From a virus: DNA of 64,000 nucleotides. Both the position numbers and the translations under genes were made by a program. The notes beneath the pieces are model-generated. The model was not told where the DNA came from. It did no database searches and saw nothing but the letters and a program-made list of their open reading frames with translations. Shown here one piece after another: positions 61,293 through 64,000 of the stretch (positions are counted from its first letter, which is position 1; every line of letters starts with the position of its first letter). The stretch is from the IMG/VR virus record IMGVR_UViG_3300042868_011386, positions 25,458-89,457 of that record; one strand, 5' to 3'.

Positions 61293-63884
61293 ATGAGTAT
61301 TCGTTACGGAAATAAAGTTGGACCGTTAGTCTCACGTAAGTCTTCTTTTTTTAAAAAGGATAGATTTGATCGACTGCGTATTAAACAACCATCACCTACT
61401 AGCTCAACATCAAGCACTTGGACACGTCCAGCTGATTGGCTAACAATGCCGACTATAATATCTTCAGAGCAAAAAATAGCTTTGTTGATGCCAGTGTTTC
61501 CGCAACAATCTAACTTTCTCGCTTTTACAATATCTGGAGCATATACAGTTGATTGGGGTGATGGTGTAACAGAAAATGTTGCATCTGGTGTTAAAGCTCA
61601 ACATGAATACTCTTATACCGACCCAGATTTAAATGCCACCGTTACAAGTGATGGTTATAAAATGGCAGTTGTAGTCATTACTCCTCAAGCTGGTCAAAAT
61701 ATAACAAGTGTAGACTTTAACCAAAAATATGCATTAACGGGATCTACATTTCCTGATTCTTCTCCTATATTAGAAATAGTTTTATCTTGCCCAAGTTTAA
61801 CAGGTTTAACTCTTGGTAATGCAACCGCTTCTTTGGCTTTTTGTAAAAATTTAGTTAGTTTTACTGGAGTTAATATGGGATTATTAACTGACTTAACTAA
61901 TTCATTTGCAAATTTAGTTTCATTAAAAAATATATCCCTCAGCGGTACTACTAACGTTACTAATATGACAAGTGCATTTAGTGGTTGTTCTAGTCTTATA
62001 AGTGTATCATTGTCTGATACAGGAAGTGTTACTAATATGAATAGTATGTTTAATAATTGCAGGTCTCTTAATACTGTACCGTTATTCAATACAGCAGCTG
62101 TTACTAATATGAGTTCTATGTTTAGTGGTTGCTCTTCTCTTACAACTGTACCACTGTTTAATACAGCAGCTGTTACTAGTATGAATAGTATGTTTAGTAG
62201 TTGTACTTCTCTTACAAGCGTACCACTGTTTAATACAGCAGCTGTTACTAATATGAGTTCTATGTTTAGTGGTTGCTCTTCTCTTACAAGTGTTCCACTA
62301 TTCAATACAGGGGCTGTTACTAATATGAATAGTATGTTTGCCTCTTGTTCCCGTCTTCAGACTGTACCATTATTTAACACGCAAAATGTTACTACTATGG
62401 GAGGTAATATTCCACCAGAAGGAATGTTTTTTAGCTGTAGATCACTTACAAGTGTACCACTATTCAATACAGCAGCTGTTACTAGTATGGGTAGTATGTT
62501 TTTTAGTTGTACTTCTCTTACAAGTGTACCGCTTTTTAATACAATAGCTGTTACTAATATGGTTAGTATGTTTAGTAGTTGTACTTCTCTTACAACTGTA
62601 CCACTATTCAATACAGCAGCTGTTACTAATATGGTTAGTATGTTTAGTAGTTGTACTTCTCTTACAACTGTACCGTTATTCAATACAGGGGCTGTTACTA
62701 ATATGGGTAGTATGTTTTTTAGTTGTACTTCTCTTACAAGTGTACCACTATTCAATACAGGGGCTGTGCAATTCACGAGTACTATGTTTAATAGTTGTAC
62801 TTCTCTTACAAGCGTACCACTGTTTAATACAGCAGCTGTTACTAGTATGAATAGTATGTTTAATAGTTGTACTTCTCTTACAACTGTACCGTTATTCAAT
62901 ACAGGGGCTGTTACTGATATGAATAGTATGTTTAGTGGTTGCTCTTCTCTTACAACTGTACCACTGTTTAATACAGCAGCTGTTACTAATATGGGTGGTA
63001 TGTTTAGTAGTTGTACTTCTCTTACAACTGTACCACTGTTTAATACAGCAGCTGTTACTAATATGGTTAGTATGTTTAGTGGTTGCTCTTCTCTTACAAG
63101 TGTACCGTTATTCAATACAGCAGCTGTTACTAATATGAGTTCTATGTTTAGTGGTTGCTCTTCTCTTACAACTGTACCGTTATTAATTTCAGGTGCTGGA
63201 ACAAGTACAGGAAAGTTTGGTAGTATTTTTACAAGTTGTATATCACTTACAAGAGCAGCATTAAGCGGATCTGAATATTCAATAAGTTATAGTGGTTGTA
63301 AATTATCAAAAGAAGAATTAGAATCTATATTCAATTATCTAGACACAATAGGTGCTGCTTCTCAAACAATAACAGTAACAAACAATTGGGGAGCGCCGAC
63401 ACCTGTAACTCTTACAGGAACTACAACAGCTGGTAGCACAACAATAACAATGGCAAACACCACTAATATTGCTGTAGGTATGCAAATTACTGGTACTGGT
63501 TCCCCTCTTACAACAGCAAGAGCTGTTACATTTACTGATGCTGGCGATCTGGTCAACTTAGCATCACATGGTTTAAGTAATGGAGATGAAGTTTCTTTTG
63601 CAACTATAGTAACAACGACTGGTATTGTTACTAATAGAATTTATTATGTAGTCAATGCTACAGCTGGAACATTTCAAGTAGCAGCAACTCTAGGTGGTCC
63701 AGCACTAGCATTAACGATAAACGGTTCTGGAACCTTACGTTATCGTACAGAAGTTGTATCAATTAACCCCAACGTAAGCATTACAGTATCACGACAAATG
63801 GCTGCGGGGGGTGCAAATAGTTTAACATTTAGACAATTAAGAACTGGAACAGCCCTATTAAAAGGCTGGGCAGTAACAGCATAA
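61293..63884 (+). CDS. BspA/DUF285-type repeat protein, putative receptor-binding or decoration protein
   Basis: PKD-like VDWGDG; about 17 tandem 22-aa units VPLFNT.AVT.M..MF..C.SLT.; beta-rich C-terminus. Confidence 0.78.
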   Translation: MSIRYGNKVGPLVSRKSSFFKKDRFDRLRIKQPSPTSSTSSTWTRPADWLTMPTIISSEQKIALLMPVFPQQSNFLAFTISGAYTVDWGDGVTENVASGVKAQHEYSYTDPDLNATVTSDGYKMAVVVITPQAGQNITSVDFNQKYALTGSTFPDSSPILEIVLSCPSLTGLTLGNATASLAFCKNLVSFTGVNMGLLTDLTNSFANLVSLKNISLSGTTNVTNMTSAFSGCSSLISVSLSDTGSVTNMNSMFNNCRSLNTVPLFNTAAVTNMSSMFSGCSSLTTVPLFNTAAVTSMNSMFSSCTSLTSVPLFNTAAVTNMSSMFSGCSSLTSVPLFNTGAVTNMNSMFASCSRLQTVPLFNTQNVTTMGGNIPPEGMFFSCRSLTSVPLFNTAAVTSMGSMFFSCTSLTSVPLFNTIAVTNMVSMFSSCTSLTTVPLFNTAAVTNMVSMFSSCTSLTTVPLFNTGAVTNMGSMFFSCTSLTSVPLFNTGAVQFTSTMFNSCTSLTSVPLFNTAAVTSMNSMFNSCTSLTTVPLFNTGAVTDMNSMFSGCSSLTTVPLFNTAAVTNMGGMFSSCTSLTTVPLFNTAAVTNMVSMFSGCSSLTSVPLFNTAAVTNMSSMFSGCSSLTTVPLLISGAGTSTGKFGSIFTSCISLTRAALSGSEYSISYSGCKLSKEELESIFNYLDTIGAASQTITVTNNWGAPTPVTLTGTTTAGSTTITMANTTNIAVGMQITGTGSPLTTARAVTFTDAGDLVNLASHGLSNGDEVSFATIVTTTGIVTNRIYYVVNATAGTFQVAATLGGPALALTINGSGTLRYRTEVVSINPNVSITVSRQMAAGGANSLTFRQLRTGTALLKGWAVTA
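61945..63183 (+). repeat. Tandem 66-nt coding repeat array (about 17 units)
   Basis: Near-identical units such as aatacagcagctgttactaatatgagttctatgtttagtggttgctcttctcttacaactgtaccactgttt. Confidence 0.92.
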
Positions 63885-63888
63885 TTTT

Positions 63889-64000
63889 ATGACATCAGGA
63901 TTTTACAAAAAAGATAATGAGGAACTTTTCTATGCTCCAAACATAGTAGAAGGAAATGGGTTTGTGTTAGTAGCTCAAGACAAAGATCAATATGACTATC
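63889..64000 (+). CDS. 3'-truncated hypothetical protein
   Basis: MTSGFYKKDNEELFYAPNIVEGNGFVLVAQDKDQYDY..., open to the window end. Confidence 0.55.
   Translation, partial: MTSGFYKKDNEELFYAPNIVEGNGFVLVAQDKDQYDY

Noticed and set aside
61694-63115. Long antisense ORFs (61694-62305, 62357-63115), 3982-4605 and many short opposite-strand ORFs
   Set aside because: Shadows of repetitive or Thr/Ser/Gly-rich genes on the other strand; no independent motifs
61945-63183. CRISPR-like periodicity
   Set aside because: Units are contiguous in-frame coding repeats with no unique spacers, and there are no cas genes
57929-64000. Diversity-generating retroelement acting on fibre genes
   Set aside because: No reverse transcriptase and no template/variable repeat pair with adenine-specific differences seen in this window
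1-64000. tRNA, rRNA, introns, inteins, homing endonucleases
   Set aside because: None recognised and intergenic gaps are short; a covariance-model search is needed to exclude small RNAs

Overview
This window is part of a large T4-like myophage genome. It has three parts: (i) a replication/late-transcription block (gp33, gp59, gp32); (ii) the core tail/baseplate block (gp29-like tape measure, gp51, gp26, gp54-like, gp2, gp4, gp48, gp53, gp27-like, gp5, gp25, gp6, gp7, gp8, a VrlC/DUF4815-like protein) with T4-type late promoters (TATAAATA); (iii) a long run of fibre/adhesin genes. Inside the fibre region is a ~13 kb, very AT-rich, translationally coupled 16-gene cassette: four radical SAM enzymes, an amidinotransferase, a DegT aminotransferase, nucleotide-sugar enzymes, two deacetylases and 3-4 glycosyltransferase-like genes. 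This is the best candidate for an undescribed system, probably virion or fibre modification with an amino/guanidino sugar (inference). Other notable signals: a probable -1 frameshift (T TTT TTC) joining gp26 to an ATG-less gp51 frame just upstream of the tape measure gene, as in lambda G/GT; gp5 split into three genes; a palindromic bidirectional late promoter; and late promoters placed so that the mRNAs would be leaderless. All assignments come from motif recognition and gene order by eye; no searches were run. No tRNA, rRNA, CRISPR array or integrase was seen.
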